Shown: in pieces, positions 1-8,397 of the stretch
Layout: the number at the start of each line of letters is the position of its first letter
How positions within the stretch are numbered: the stretch's first letter is position 1
Source of the DNA: an uncultured delta proteobacterium
Lineage (GTDB): Bacteria > Desulfobacterota > RBG-13-43-22
Direction: 5' to 3'
DNA length: 64,000 nt
Assembly (NCBI GenBank): GCA_963802945.1
Contig: CAWDKY010000030.1
Location: forward strand, 160,001 to 224,000
Translations under genes and position numbers: made by a program
The notes under the pieces: model-generated
What the model saw: the letters and a program-made list of their open reading frames with translations, nothing else
Databases searched by the model: none
Told to the model about the DNA's origin: nothing

Positions 1-2090
1 ATTTCCACTCCCAGTGCCCGGATATTGTCGATTTCCTTTTCCAGAATATCTCGGGGCAAACGGTAGGAAGGAATACCCCAAGCCAGCATTCCGCCCGGTT
101 TTGGCAGTTCCTCAAACACCGTTACCTTGTAGCCGCGCAAGGCCAGATCGCGGGCGGTGGTCAGGCCGGTCGGCCCTGCCCCGATAACGGCGATTTTTTC
201 TTTCCTGGACACCGGTACCGGCTCTATCTTCGGCCGGGGGGCATTGTCGGTTATAAATCTTTTTAAGAATTTAATGGCCAGAGGTTCATCCATATTGCCG
301 CGGCGGCATTTGGTCTGGCATTTATGATCGCAAACCCGGCCGCAGACCGATGGAAAAGGATTGGACTGCAATAGGACCTTGTAGGCATCCTCGAATCGTT
401 TCGCCCTAATCAGAGCGATATAAGAAGGAATATCCATTTCGATGGGGCAGGTATGCTGACAGGGGGATTTGAACAGGGCCGAGCAGACCGCGGCTCTACA
501 GTGATGATCGCGGATATGCTCCTCATATTCTTTGCGGAAATATCGGATGGTGCTCAAAACCGGATTGGGTGCTGTTTGGCCCAGTCCGCATAAGGCTGCA
601 TTCTTAATCACCTCGGCCATTTCTTCCAGAAGTTCGATATCCCCCTCTTTACCCTTACCCTGGGTAATATTGGTCAGAACATCCAGCATGCGTTTGGTCC
701 CCTCGCGGCATGGCGTGCACTTGCCGCAAGACTCATCCTGACAGAAATCCATAAAAAAGCGGGCCATATCCACCGCGCACTTGTCTTCATTCATGACGAT
801 CAAGCCGCCGGAGCCCATAATCGCGCCCAGTTCAACCACCTTCTCATAATCCACGGGGGCATTTAAATGTTGAATGGGGATACAGCCGCCGGAAGGACCT
901 CCCAATTGAGCGGCCTTGAATTTTTTGCCTTTGGGGATGCCGCCGCCGATATCGAAAACGATATTGCCGAGTGTGGTTCCCATAGGAACTTCCACCAGGC
1001 CTACATTGGCCACATCGCCGGTCAGGGCAAAAACTTTGGTACCCTTGCTTCTTTCCGTGCCCACCGAATTATACCACTTGGCACCGCGTAAAATAATTTG
1101 TCCGATATTGGCCAACGTTTCCACGTTATTCAAAATACTCGGTTTCTGCCACAGACCGGCAATAGCGGGGAAAGGCGGCCTTGGCCGCGGCATGCCTCTT
1201 TTTCCTTCAATGGAAGTCATCAGAGCTGTTTCTTCGCCGCAAACAAAGGCGCCTGCTCCCTGATAAATCTCCAGATCAAAATCAAAGCCGGTGCCCAAGA
1301 TATCCTGGCCCAACAATCCGGCTTCCTTGGCCTGGGCAATGGCTCTATTCAAACGATGAATAGCCAGGGGATACTCGGCCCGGCAGTAAATATATCCTTC
1401 ATGAGAGCCAATGGCCTTGGCCGCGATGACCATACCTTCCAGGACCGCGTGAGGATCGGCTTCCAGAACGCTTCTATCCATAAAAGCGCCCGGGTCACCC
1501 TCGTCGGCATTGCATAGGACATACTTGATATTACCCGGTGATTGGGAGGCGAACCTCCACTTCAAACCTGTGGGGAACCCTGCTCCGCCGCGTCCGCGTA
1601 AACCTGAATCCAGAATTTCCTGAACGATTTGCGCCGGCTCCATCTCGGTCAGGGCCTTAGCCATACCGGCATAGCCGTCACGGGAGATATATTCTTCAAT
1701 CTTTTCAGGATCAATCAATCCACGGTTTCTCAACACCCGCAGTTCTTGAAGGGCAAAGAAAGGGATATCCTGCATGGTCGGGATAATCTGATCCGTTGTA
1801 GGCTCCCGATATAAAAGTCGCTCTAAGACCCTTCCTTTAATTAAATGTTCTTCAACTAATTCGGGGACATCCTTCGGTTGTAAGGTTACATAAAGGACGC
1901 CTTCAGGGTAAACGACCATGATCGGGCCCAAAGCGCAAAATCCATTACATCCGGTTTCCACAATTTTTATTTCATCGGCCAATCCTCTTTTATCAACCTC
2001 TTCTAAAAGAGCTTGCTTAACTTTATGACTACCGGAAGATTGACAACCTGTTCCTCCGCAGATCAATAAATGTGAACGAAAAGCTTTCAT
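1..2090 (-). CDS. NuoF/HydB-like NADH-binding flavoprotein fused to a GltD/NfnB-like FAD/Fe-S domain (runs off window edge)
   Basis: Manual translation from ATG 2090: MKAFRSHLLICGGTGC, DEGDPGAFMDRS, GAGAFVCGEETAL, GGPSGG, ESCGKCTPCREG, then SPCQHTCP..CGRVC..IGAGPTG..GIPSYRLP. Frame is consistent to base 1; AGGAGG upstream. Confidence 0.93.
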   Translation of the reverse strand, partial: MKAFRSHLLICGGTGCQSSGSHKVKQALLEEVDKRGLADEIKIVETGCNGFCALGPIMVVYPEGVLYVTLQPKDVPELVEEHLIKGRVLERLLYREPTTDQIIPTMQDIPFFALQELRVLRNRGLIDPEKIEEYISRDGYAGMAKALTEMEPAQIVQEILDSGLRGRGGAGFPTGLKWRFASQSPGNIKYVLCNADEGDPGAFMDRSVLEADPHAVLEGMVIAAKAIGSHEGYIYCRAEYPLAIHRLNRAIAQAKEAGLLGQDILGTGFDFDLEIYQGAGAFVCGEETALMTSIEGKRGMPRPRPPFPAIAGLWQKPSILNNVETLANIGQIILRGAKWYNSVGTERSKGTKVFALTGDVANVGLVEVPMGTTLGNIVFDIGGGIPKGKKFKAAQLGGPSGGCIPIQHLNAPVDYEKVVELGAIMGSGGLIVMNEDKCAVDMARFFMDFCQDESCGKCTPCREGTKRMLDVLTNITQGKGKEGDIELLEEMAEVIKNAALCGLGQTAPNPVLSTIRYFRKEYEEHIRDHHCRAAVCSALFKSPCQHTCPIEMDIPSYIALIRAKRFEDAYKVLLQSNPFPSVCGRVCDHKCQTKCRRGNMDEPLAIKFLKRFITDNAPRPKIEPVPVSRKEKIAVIGAGPTGLTTARDLALRGYKVTVFEELPKPGGMLAWGIPSYRLPRDILEKEIDNIRALGVE

Positions 2091-2155
2091 TGAGTCAACA
2101 TCCTCCTTGAGAATTTATTATGCTATCGAGACAGAATGTCTAATGGGCGAAAAAA

Positions 2156-2539
2156 TTATCTGACGAGTTCAGAGCCTTTTGCCAAAACAAAGGGAGTCTG
2201 AATCTCTCCCGCCAGAATATGTCTTTTAAAAACCTGCCTCATTTTATTGGGATTCATATATTCATACTTGATCGGTTCTTGATTTAAGATTTCCACGGTA
2301 ACCAAAGGCTCGCGGCTGCACAAGCCCATGCAGCCCGACGTGGTCACAGCCACATCACTTACGTCGGCGGCTTCAATTTCCTCAAGTAGCGTATCCATAA
2401 CTGCCTTGGCCCCGGAAGCGATACCGCAGGTCCCCATATGGACGGTCACCTTGACGCGGCGGTCGCCTTCCCGCAAAGACATTTCCTTCTGCACTCTTTC
2501 TTTTATTTTTTTTAAATCATCTATAAGCAATTTCGCCAT
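2156..2539 (-). CDS. Thioredoxin-like [2Fe-2S] ferredoxin subunit (HndB/HydD-like)
   Basis: VHMGTCGIASGA and SGCMGLCSREP motifs; lies between the NuoE- and NuoF-like genes. Confidence 0.9.
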   Translation of the reverse strand: MAKLLIDDLKKIKERVQKEMSLREGDRRVKVTVHMGTCGIASGAKAVMDTLLEEIEAADVSDVAVTTSGCMGLCSREPLVTVEILNQEPIKYEYMNPNKMRQVFKRHILAGEIQTPFVLAKGSELVR

Positions 2540-2580
2540 CGGCGTTTCCTCCCGTTATTTTCGCTTGCAAAATTATAGCT

Positions 2581-3075
2581 TCAATTGTATTGGGCCAAAA
2601 CTTCCCTGACTTTGGATGGTTTCATACGGCCGTGCACTTCATCATCCACCACCACCACCGGCCCCAGGCCGCAGGCACCCAGACAACGGACGGTTTCCAG
2701 AGTAAACATCCGATCCGGTGTGGTTTCGCCTTCTTTTATGCCGAATTCCTTTTGAAGACTTTCGGCCAGGGCTTTGCCGCCGCGGACATAACAAGCCGTA
2801 CCCAGACAAACCCGGACCGTGTGTTTGCCGCGGGGGGTCATGGTAAAGAAGGAGTAAAAGGTGACCACCCCGTAAACACGGCTTAAAGGTAAATTCAAAT
2901 CCTTGGCAATCTTCTTTTGTACGAATATGGGCAGGTATTCCAGGGCCACTTGCGCCTCTTCCAGCACCGGAATTAATCCGCCGGGTTTTCCTTTGTGCTT
3001 GCTAATAATCTTGTTGAGCTCGTCTACCTGCTCTGTTGTAAATTCTTTTAAAAGGTCACTGTCTTCCGCTTTCAT
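2581..3075 (-). CDS. NuoE/HndA/HydC-like [2Fe-2S] subunit
   Basis: VYGVVTFYSFF, VCLGTACYVRG, CLGACGLGP. Confidence 0.93.
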   Translation of the reverse strand: MKAEDSDLLKEFTTEQVDELNKIISKHKGKPGGLIPVLEEAQVALEYLPIFVQKKIAKDLNLPLSRVYGVVTFYSFFTMTPRGKHTVRVCLGTACYVRGGKALAESLQKEFGIKEGETTPDRMFTLETVRCLGACGLGPVVVVDDEVHGRMKPSKVREVLAQYN

Positions 3076-3464
3076 TAAATTCCTCCTCTATTTTTCTGGG
3101 GAACGCTCGAGTCCCCATTTCAATGTCTTAAAGTCCTTCCTTAACTACGCCCCGAATATAATTAATTATTTCAGGATGATCGGCAGGTCTTGGGTCTATT
3201 TCCCTTGGGTATGTTATGCCTATTCCTTCTAATTTGCCGGCATAATAACTATGTTTGTAAAAAAAATCAACCTCTGAATTTCCATTTGATAATATTTTTT
3301 AAGCCGTCCAGAGTATAGAAGAAGCCGAAGGAGCGGTCAAGGAGAAAAGGGGGGAGAAAAACATCGTTGCCTAAGGGCCTTAAATGGAAAAGACACCCTG
3401 GTCAAATCGTTCCTTAAAAAAAATATATGTCTCGCTTTTAATAATCCATTTGTAATTCATCTAC

Positions 3465-3488
3465 TTATATGCTAATTTTAACATACAA
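3465..3488. promoter_or_regulatory. 24-bp palindromic operator upstream of modA
   Basis: TTATATGCTAATTTTAACATACAA; 20/24 identical to 13906-13929; overlaps the -10 of TTGTAA-N17-TAATTT. Confidence 0.7.
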
Positions 3489-3511
3489 AATCCCCCTAAG
3501 AAATTACGATT

Positions 3512-4258
3512 ATGAAAAAATCTTTTCAGCTTCTTATTATCGTGGTGTTTTTTTTAGTCAATCCTTTCTCCGCCTGGTCGCAAGAAAAAATCCGGGTCGC
3601 TGTTGCGGCCAACTTTATTCAAGCTTTCAAAGAGATCGCTGAAAGATTTGAGACAAAAACAAAGATTAAAGTTGAGGCAACTTTTTCTTCGACAGGAAAC
3701 CTTTATAGTCAGATTGTCAATGGCGCGCCATACGACCTTTTCCTGTCGGCGGATGAAGACAGACCCGCCCGTCTCCATAAAGACGGCCTGGGGGAGGCGC
3801 CTTTCATCTATGCCGAAGGCCGGGTCGTTCTCTGGGCGTCTCAAATAGATTTCTGCCGATGCCGGGATTGGCGGGAAGCTCTGAAGAATGAACGGATAAA
3901 AAAAATCGCCCTGGCCAACCCTTTGACTGCTCCCTATGGTGCGGCTGCCAAGACAGCCTTGCAGAAAGCGGGATTGTGGGACGCATTACAGCCAAAGCTG
4001 GTTAATGCTCAGGATGTGGCCCAGTCCTTTCAATATACCTCGACCGGGGCGGTTGACGCCGGTTTCTGCTCCCTTTCGGTAACTTCCACCCCTCAGGGAC
4101 AAAGGGGCTGTTTCTTGGCCGTCATGGAAGCGCCGGCTATCAATCAATTCGCCTGCCTATTGAAAAACGCAAAAAACCAGGAACCAGCGAAGCGTTTTAC
4201 GGCCTTTCTTCTTTCGTCTGAGGCCGATCAGATCAAAAAAAAGTTCGGTTATAGGTAA
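3512..4258 (+). CDS. modA: Molybdate ABC transporter substrate-binding protein
   Basis: Signal peptide; VAVAANF, SSTGNLYSQIVNGAPYDLFLSAD, ANPLTAPYG. Confidence 0.95.
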   Translation: MKKSFQLLIIVVFFLVNPFSAWSQEKIRVAVAANFIQAFKEIAERFETKTKIKVEATFSSTGNLYSQIVNGAPYDLFLSADEDRPARLHKDGLGEAPFIYAEGRVVLWASQIDFCRCRDWREALKNERIKKIALANPLTAPYGAAAKTALQKAGLWDALQPKLVNAQDVAQSFQYTSTGAVDAGFCSLSVTSTPQGQRGCFLAVMEAPAINQFACLLKNAKNQEPAKRFTAFLLSSEADQIKKKFGYR

Positions 4259-4936
4259 ATGGATTATCTCGCCCTTTGGGTTACCTTAAAACTGGCGGTC
4301 GTTACTACCGTTATCCTGATCATTATGGCCGCGCCTCTGGCTTATGTCCTGGCCTATTCCAAGTTTCCCGGGAAATCCTTTTTGGAGGCCCTGATCTACC
4401 TCCCCATGGCCTTGCCGCCGACCGTGATCGGTTTTTATTTAATCATGGTCATGGGCCCCAGGGGATGGGTAGGGAGACCTTGGCAGGCCCTCACCGGAAA
4501 TTCGTTGTTGTTTACCTTTCTAGGTATTGTGCTGGCTTCGATTATTTACAGCATTTCCTTTGCCGTTCAACCGATGAAAGCGGCCTTTCTGAAAATAGAT
4601 CGCCGGCTTCTGGAGAGTGCCTCTGTCCTTGGGCTTTCGCGACCGGCGGCGTTTATCCGGGTGGTCATCCCCAACAGCATCGCCGGGTTGGTTGCCGCGT
4701 CGGTCTTGGTCTTTCTTCACAGTATAGGTGCCTTTGGCGTGTTGTTGATGGTCGGCGGCAGCATCCCGGGAGTGACCAAGGTGGCCTCCATCGCCATTTA
4801 TGAAGCGGTGGAAACCATGAATTATCACGCGGCCGGCCTCATAGCCGTGAGTTTCATCCCGATCAGTTATGCCTTTCTTCTGTTAATGAATAAACTCAAC
4901 GAGAATTCCCGCAATGATTCTTCAGGCCGCGCTTAA
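4259..4936 (+). CDS. modB: Molybdate ABC transporter permease
   Basis: LPMALPPTVIGFYL, GGSIPGVTKVASIAIY; follows modA. Confidence 0.95.
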   Translation: MDYLALWVTLKLAVVTTVILIIMAAPLAYVLAYSKFPGKSFLEALIYLPMALPPTVIGFYLIMVMGPRGWVGRPWQALTGNSLLFTFLGIVLASIIYSISFAVQPMKAAFLKIDRRLLESASVLGLSRPAAFIRVVIPNSIAGLVAASVLVFLHSIGAFGVLLMVGGSIPGVTKVASIAIYEAVETMNYHAAGLIAVSFIPISYAFLLLMNKLNENSRNDSSGRA

Positions 4937-5626
4937 AAAAAGACTTAAATTTTTCGATCTGGATATTACCTTTTCCTGTCCGAAGGACGAAATGTTGGTG
5001 CTGATTGGACCTTCAGGCGGGGGGAAAACCACTATCATCCGCATGTTGGCCGGTCTGGAGACGCCGGACGAAGGAAAGATCGTCTTTCAGGATCAGGTCT
5101 GGTTTGATTCTGCCCGACACATCAATGTTCCAACCCGGAAGCGCGGTATTGGATATGTCTTTCAGGATTACACCCTTTTCCCGCATCTGAATCTATATAA
5201 AAATGCGGCCTTCGCTGCTGTGGATAAGAAGGAAGTTCATGCCCTGTTTGAATTATTTAACATCAGTCATCTGCGGGACCAGAAACCCCACATGGTTTCC
5301 GGAGGGGAGCGCCAACGTTGTGCTATCTGTCAGGCCTTAGCTAGAAGGCCCCAGTTACTGCTTCTGGATGAACCCCTTTCGGCCTTGGATATCATTACAC
5401 GACGGGAGCTTCGTCAGGAATTAAAAAACCTCAAAAAAAACCGTCCATTCCCATCATTTACGTAACCCACGATATTAACGAAGCCCTCTTTTTGGCCGGC
5501 GAAATTTTGCCCGTCGTTAACGGTAAAGAAGATAAAGACTGGACGCAGAGAACCATTGGCCGGGAGCCGGCAGCAGGAAAGATTTGTAATAATCCTCATC
5601 TGGTAAGTGCGGATTATTTACGATAA
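4914..5626 (+). CDS. modC: Molybdate ABC transporter ATPase (frameshift in A-run near 5433-5440)
   Basis: GPSGGGKT, SGGERQR, LLLDEP; the H-loop IIYVTHDINEA continues in another frame from 5441 to TAA 5626. Confidence 0.9.
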
Positions 5627-5851
5627 ATGTTACTGGATATCGCTATTAAGTTATTAGGTCAAAAAGGACATATAACTTCGGCTGTCAAGAAAAATATCGT
5701 TTATAATAAGGCCACAATCTCCACCCTGAGGGCGACCCTGGTGTTTTATCGAAAGAATCAATGCGGCGGATATTGAGCCCACCGGCGTTAAATCATATTC
5801 AAAAAAGGCATGAAGTTATATTTAGATAGACAGATTATTTGATATATTGCC

Positions 5852-6514
5852 TTAAGATATTTGGAAAGCTGTTTCAGGTCTCCAGTTGATGGCCGTCACT
5901 TGAAGAAAACCGGCTTTCTTCTCTATTATATTCAAACACCCGTAGTCCTGGGCCATCCGAAAAAGATGGCTGACCGGCAGGTCCAGGACATGACATAAGA
6001 TCACTCTATTCACACCGGCATGGCCAACGATGAGCACATTTCCTCGTGCCGCACGGACGATCTCCTGAAATACGGGTAGGACCCTTTTCTGAAGATCTCT
6101 AAAGCTCTCGCCCTCCGGAGGGTGATAACCTCCGAAATCCAAACCACGGGCTTCGAATTCGTTCGGAAAATGACTTCGGACCGAGGCAATAATCCGCCCT
6201 TCCCATTGCCCTAAATTGATTTCCCGCAGGCCGGCTCTAAGTTGGACGGGTATTTCACGACCGGCTGCCAGTATTTCAGCCGTCTCTTTAGACCGCTTAA
6301 GATCGCTGGCGTATATGGCTTCAAAGGAGACATCGGAAAGTTTCTGCGACCACCATTGGGCTTGGTCCCGCCCCACAGGGCTCAAAGGCCGATCCGTTTG
6401 CCCGATATATCTTTTCGGGCCTGTCTTCCCTGCTATCCCGCCATGGCGCAGAAGATAAATGATTGCCTTCGTTGAACCTGAGGAAGGATTTCTCTGAGTG
6501 CGGCGGTCGGTCAA
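5852..6514 (-). CDS. Histidine phosphatase (phosphoglycerate mutase/CobC-like)
   Basis: LLRHG, SDLKRS, LREINLGQWEG, VGHAGVNR. Confidence 0.92.
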   Translation of the reverse strand: MTDRRTQRNPSSGSTKAIIYLLRHGGIAGKTGPKRYIGQTDRPLSPVGRDQAQWWSQKLSDVSFEAIYASDLKRSKETAEILAAGREIPVQLRAGLREINLGQWEGRIIASVRSHFPNEFEARGLDFGGYHPPEGESFRDLQKRVLPVFQEIVRAARGNVLIVGHAGVNRVILCHVLDLPVSHLFRMAQDYGCLNIIEKKAGFLQVTAINWRPETAFQIS

Positions 6515-7743
6515 GGGGAATCCTCCTTCCAGAGAATGTCTTGATCAGAAATGGATCGGAGTGGGCACCCGGTAATTTGCTCCACCTTGTCCTTTATCCT
6601 ACGGGCATTATCCCACCTCAGCCGAATAGCAGCCGCCATCTGGGGATCCTGCCCGTACTTTTCCATTTTTAGATGAAAACGCTGTTCCAGATCGATCGGT
6701 TGATTGCCTGATACTAATTTGTCGGCCAGATAGACTATTTCTGCTTCGTTAATCGGTTCATTATCATGGACTTGAATGTCCAGATGGACGCGCACGATCT
6801 CAGCCAGCTTGGGGTATCCCCATTCTTCCAGTACCTTAGCCCCCTTCTGGGCGTGAGGCTCTTCCATCCGGGCGATATCGTGAACCAAGGCCGCCGCATA
6901 AACCAGTTTGCGATCCAATTTACCACCGGACTGATTCACCGCGGCGGAAAGGGTTTTGGCCATGGCGGCCACGGCCCGACAATGGGCCGTGACGGCCTCC
7001 GGCAAGGGCTGAATTTCTTCTATGAGCATACGGCATTCGGCCGGTGTTGGAATTCCCTCTTCTTTCAAGCGGGCCTGCAACAGGTGGTAATCTTCCACAG
7101 TATCCAGATCACGCAAAACCCCTTCGTCGGCCACAGGCACATCAAGGGCCAAGTCGTTTCGTTCTTCCAAAAAACCCCGGAGTCCCCCTTCTTTTTTCCA
7201 AGCGATGATTTCCTGGCCTAGCGCTGCATTGATCAACGGTGGATGGCCCCGTCGACCGTTGAAGTAAGGGTAAAAAATCCGAGCTGATTTTTCCTGAAAG
7301 GCCTTGATCAGGACCTGAATCGTGGAAACCCTGATGAGTGGAATATCAACGGGGTTGACGAAAAAGGACTGTATGGAGGCAGGCAGGTTCTGAACCCCTT
7401 CAATGATCGAGGAGAACATCCCCTTTTCAAAATCGTGGTTAACCACGATCCGCACCCCGTAAGAAGTTAGGGCCTTGCGTATTTCCTTCCCTCGATAACC
7501 GACAATCACGGAAATATCCCTTACCCCCACGTCCTGGTACAAGGATACCACCCGTTCAATTATGGTTTTTTCACCTAATTCCATAAGCGGTTTAAACCGC
7601 CCCATGCGCTTCGAAAGACCTGCAGCCAGTATAATGGCCGATATATTCGCAACCGATTTATTCATTGCCTTAGGAATATTTAAGTCTTCACTGATTAGAC
7701 AGGAGGGACAGAGGCTTTCCCTGAGGATTCGATCTACGATCAT
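6511..7743 (-). CDS. MocA-like NTP transferase fused to an HD domain (DVU_1551-type); alternative start 7665
   Basis: IILAAGLSKRMGRFKPL, GRRGHPPLI, DLDT; C-terminal HCRAVA..LVHDI..YLADK. Confidence 0.9.
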   Translation of the reverse strand: MIVDRILRESLCPSCLISEDLNIPKAMNKSVANISAIILAAGLSKRMGRFKPLMELGEKTIIERVVSLYQDVGVRDISVIVGYRGKEIRKALTSYGVRIVVNHDFEKGMFSSIIEGVQNLPASIQSFFVNPVDIPLIRVSTIQVLIKAFQEKSARIFYPYFNGRRGHPPLINAALGQEIIAWKKEGGLRGFLEERNDLALDVPVADEGVLRDLDTVEDYHLLQARLKEEGIPTPAECRMLIEEIQPLPEAVTAHCRAVAAMAKTLSAAVNQSGGKLDRKLVYAAALVHDIARMEEPHAQKGAKVLEEWGYPKLAEIVRVHLDIQVHDNEPINEAEIVYLADKLVSGNQPIDLEQRFHLKMEKYGQDPQMAAAIRLRWDNARRIKDKVEQITGCPLRSISDQDILWKEDSP

Positions 7744-8159
7744 CCGCCAGTCAGATCGAATTCATGCTTCTCCAGAATTTCCATTACCTTGGCAAAGGTA
7801 TCGGCCACAAGGTCTCCGCAGCCCTCGCCTGCAAAGGTTTGGCAGACCATTGGGCCTTCAGGATCACCGAAGCGCACTCCAAACCAATCGTAGAGGTCTA
7901 GACGCATAATCCCCATTTTATCGGAGCCGGTCTCCTCGTCACTTCCCTTTCCGGCATAAAGAGCCAGAAGGCAACATCCGGCGGTTAAAGCGCCGCAAGT
8001 GGCCCGCCAAGATCCGCAGCCGTGGGCCAAACCGGCCATGGCCCGGACCAAGCCGGGGTTGGACTCGCCCCGGGCTTCCAAACCCAGGAGAATGATTACC
8101 TGGCCGCAGGTATAGCCTTTCTGTTCCAACTTCAGCAGGCGGATATCCCTTTCTTCCAT
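7740..8159 (-). CDS. C-GCAxxG-C-C family redox protein (DVU_1555-type)
   Basis: GYTCGQ, TCGALTAGCC, two further Cys; start set at MEERDIR to avoid overlap with the upstream gene. Confidence 0.85.
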   Translation of the reverse strand: MEERDIRLLKLEQKGYTCGQVIILLGLEARGESNPGLVRAMAGLAHGCGSWRATCGALTAGCCLLALYAGKGSDEETGSDKMGIMRLDLYDWFGVRFGDPEGPMVCQTFAGEGCGDLVADTFAKVMEILEKHEFDLTGG

Positions 8160-8184
8160 TTGATTAGGCCTCTTTTTGTTCTTC

Positions 8185-8397
8185 CTATTTATCCTCCAGA
8201 ATCTGTTCCACTTCGGCAATCTTGCCAAGGGCCAGTTCCTCGGAAACCAGGACCAGCCCGCAATCTGGACAATGGGGCAGATCGGTGGTAAAGCGATTTC
8301 CCAGATAGTTCACGGTGATTGGTCCCACAACCAGCTCCTGGTGGCAACGATAACATTGCCACTTCAGATCTTTCAGAATGGTTTTTTCATTCTTCAT
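8185..8397 (-). CDS. Small double-CxxC protein (DVU_1557-type)
   Basis: WQCYRC..YLGNRF..LPHCPDCG..EELALGKIAEVEQILEDK; position in cluster. Confidence 0.85.
   Translation of the reverse strand: MKNEKTILKDLKWQCYRCHQELVVGPITVNYLGNRFTTDLPHCPDCGLVLVSEELALGKIAEVEQILEDK

Noticed and set aside
532-1814. Plus-strand ORFs in the track
   Set aside because: They are antisense shadows of the NuoF-GltD gene, which the track omits because it has no stop in the window. The same applies to most overlapping ORFs elsewhere.
3254-3272. Rex operator upstream of the NuoE operon
   Set aside because: TTGTAAAAAAAATCAACC has five mismatches to TTGTGAA-N4-TTCACAA in an A-rich context.
5430-5445. Programmed frameshift or phase variation in modC (and selB, topA)
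   Set aside because: Indels occur in many unrelated genes, so sequencing error is the simpler explanation.
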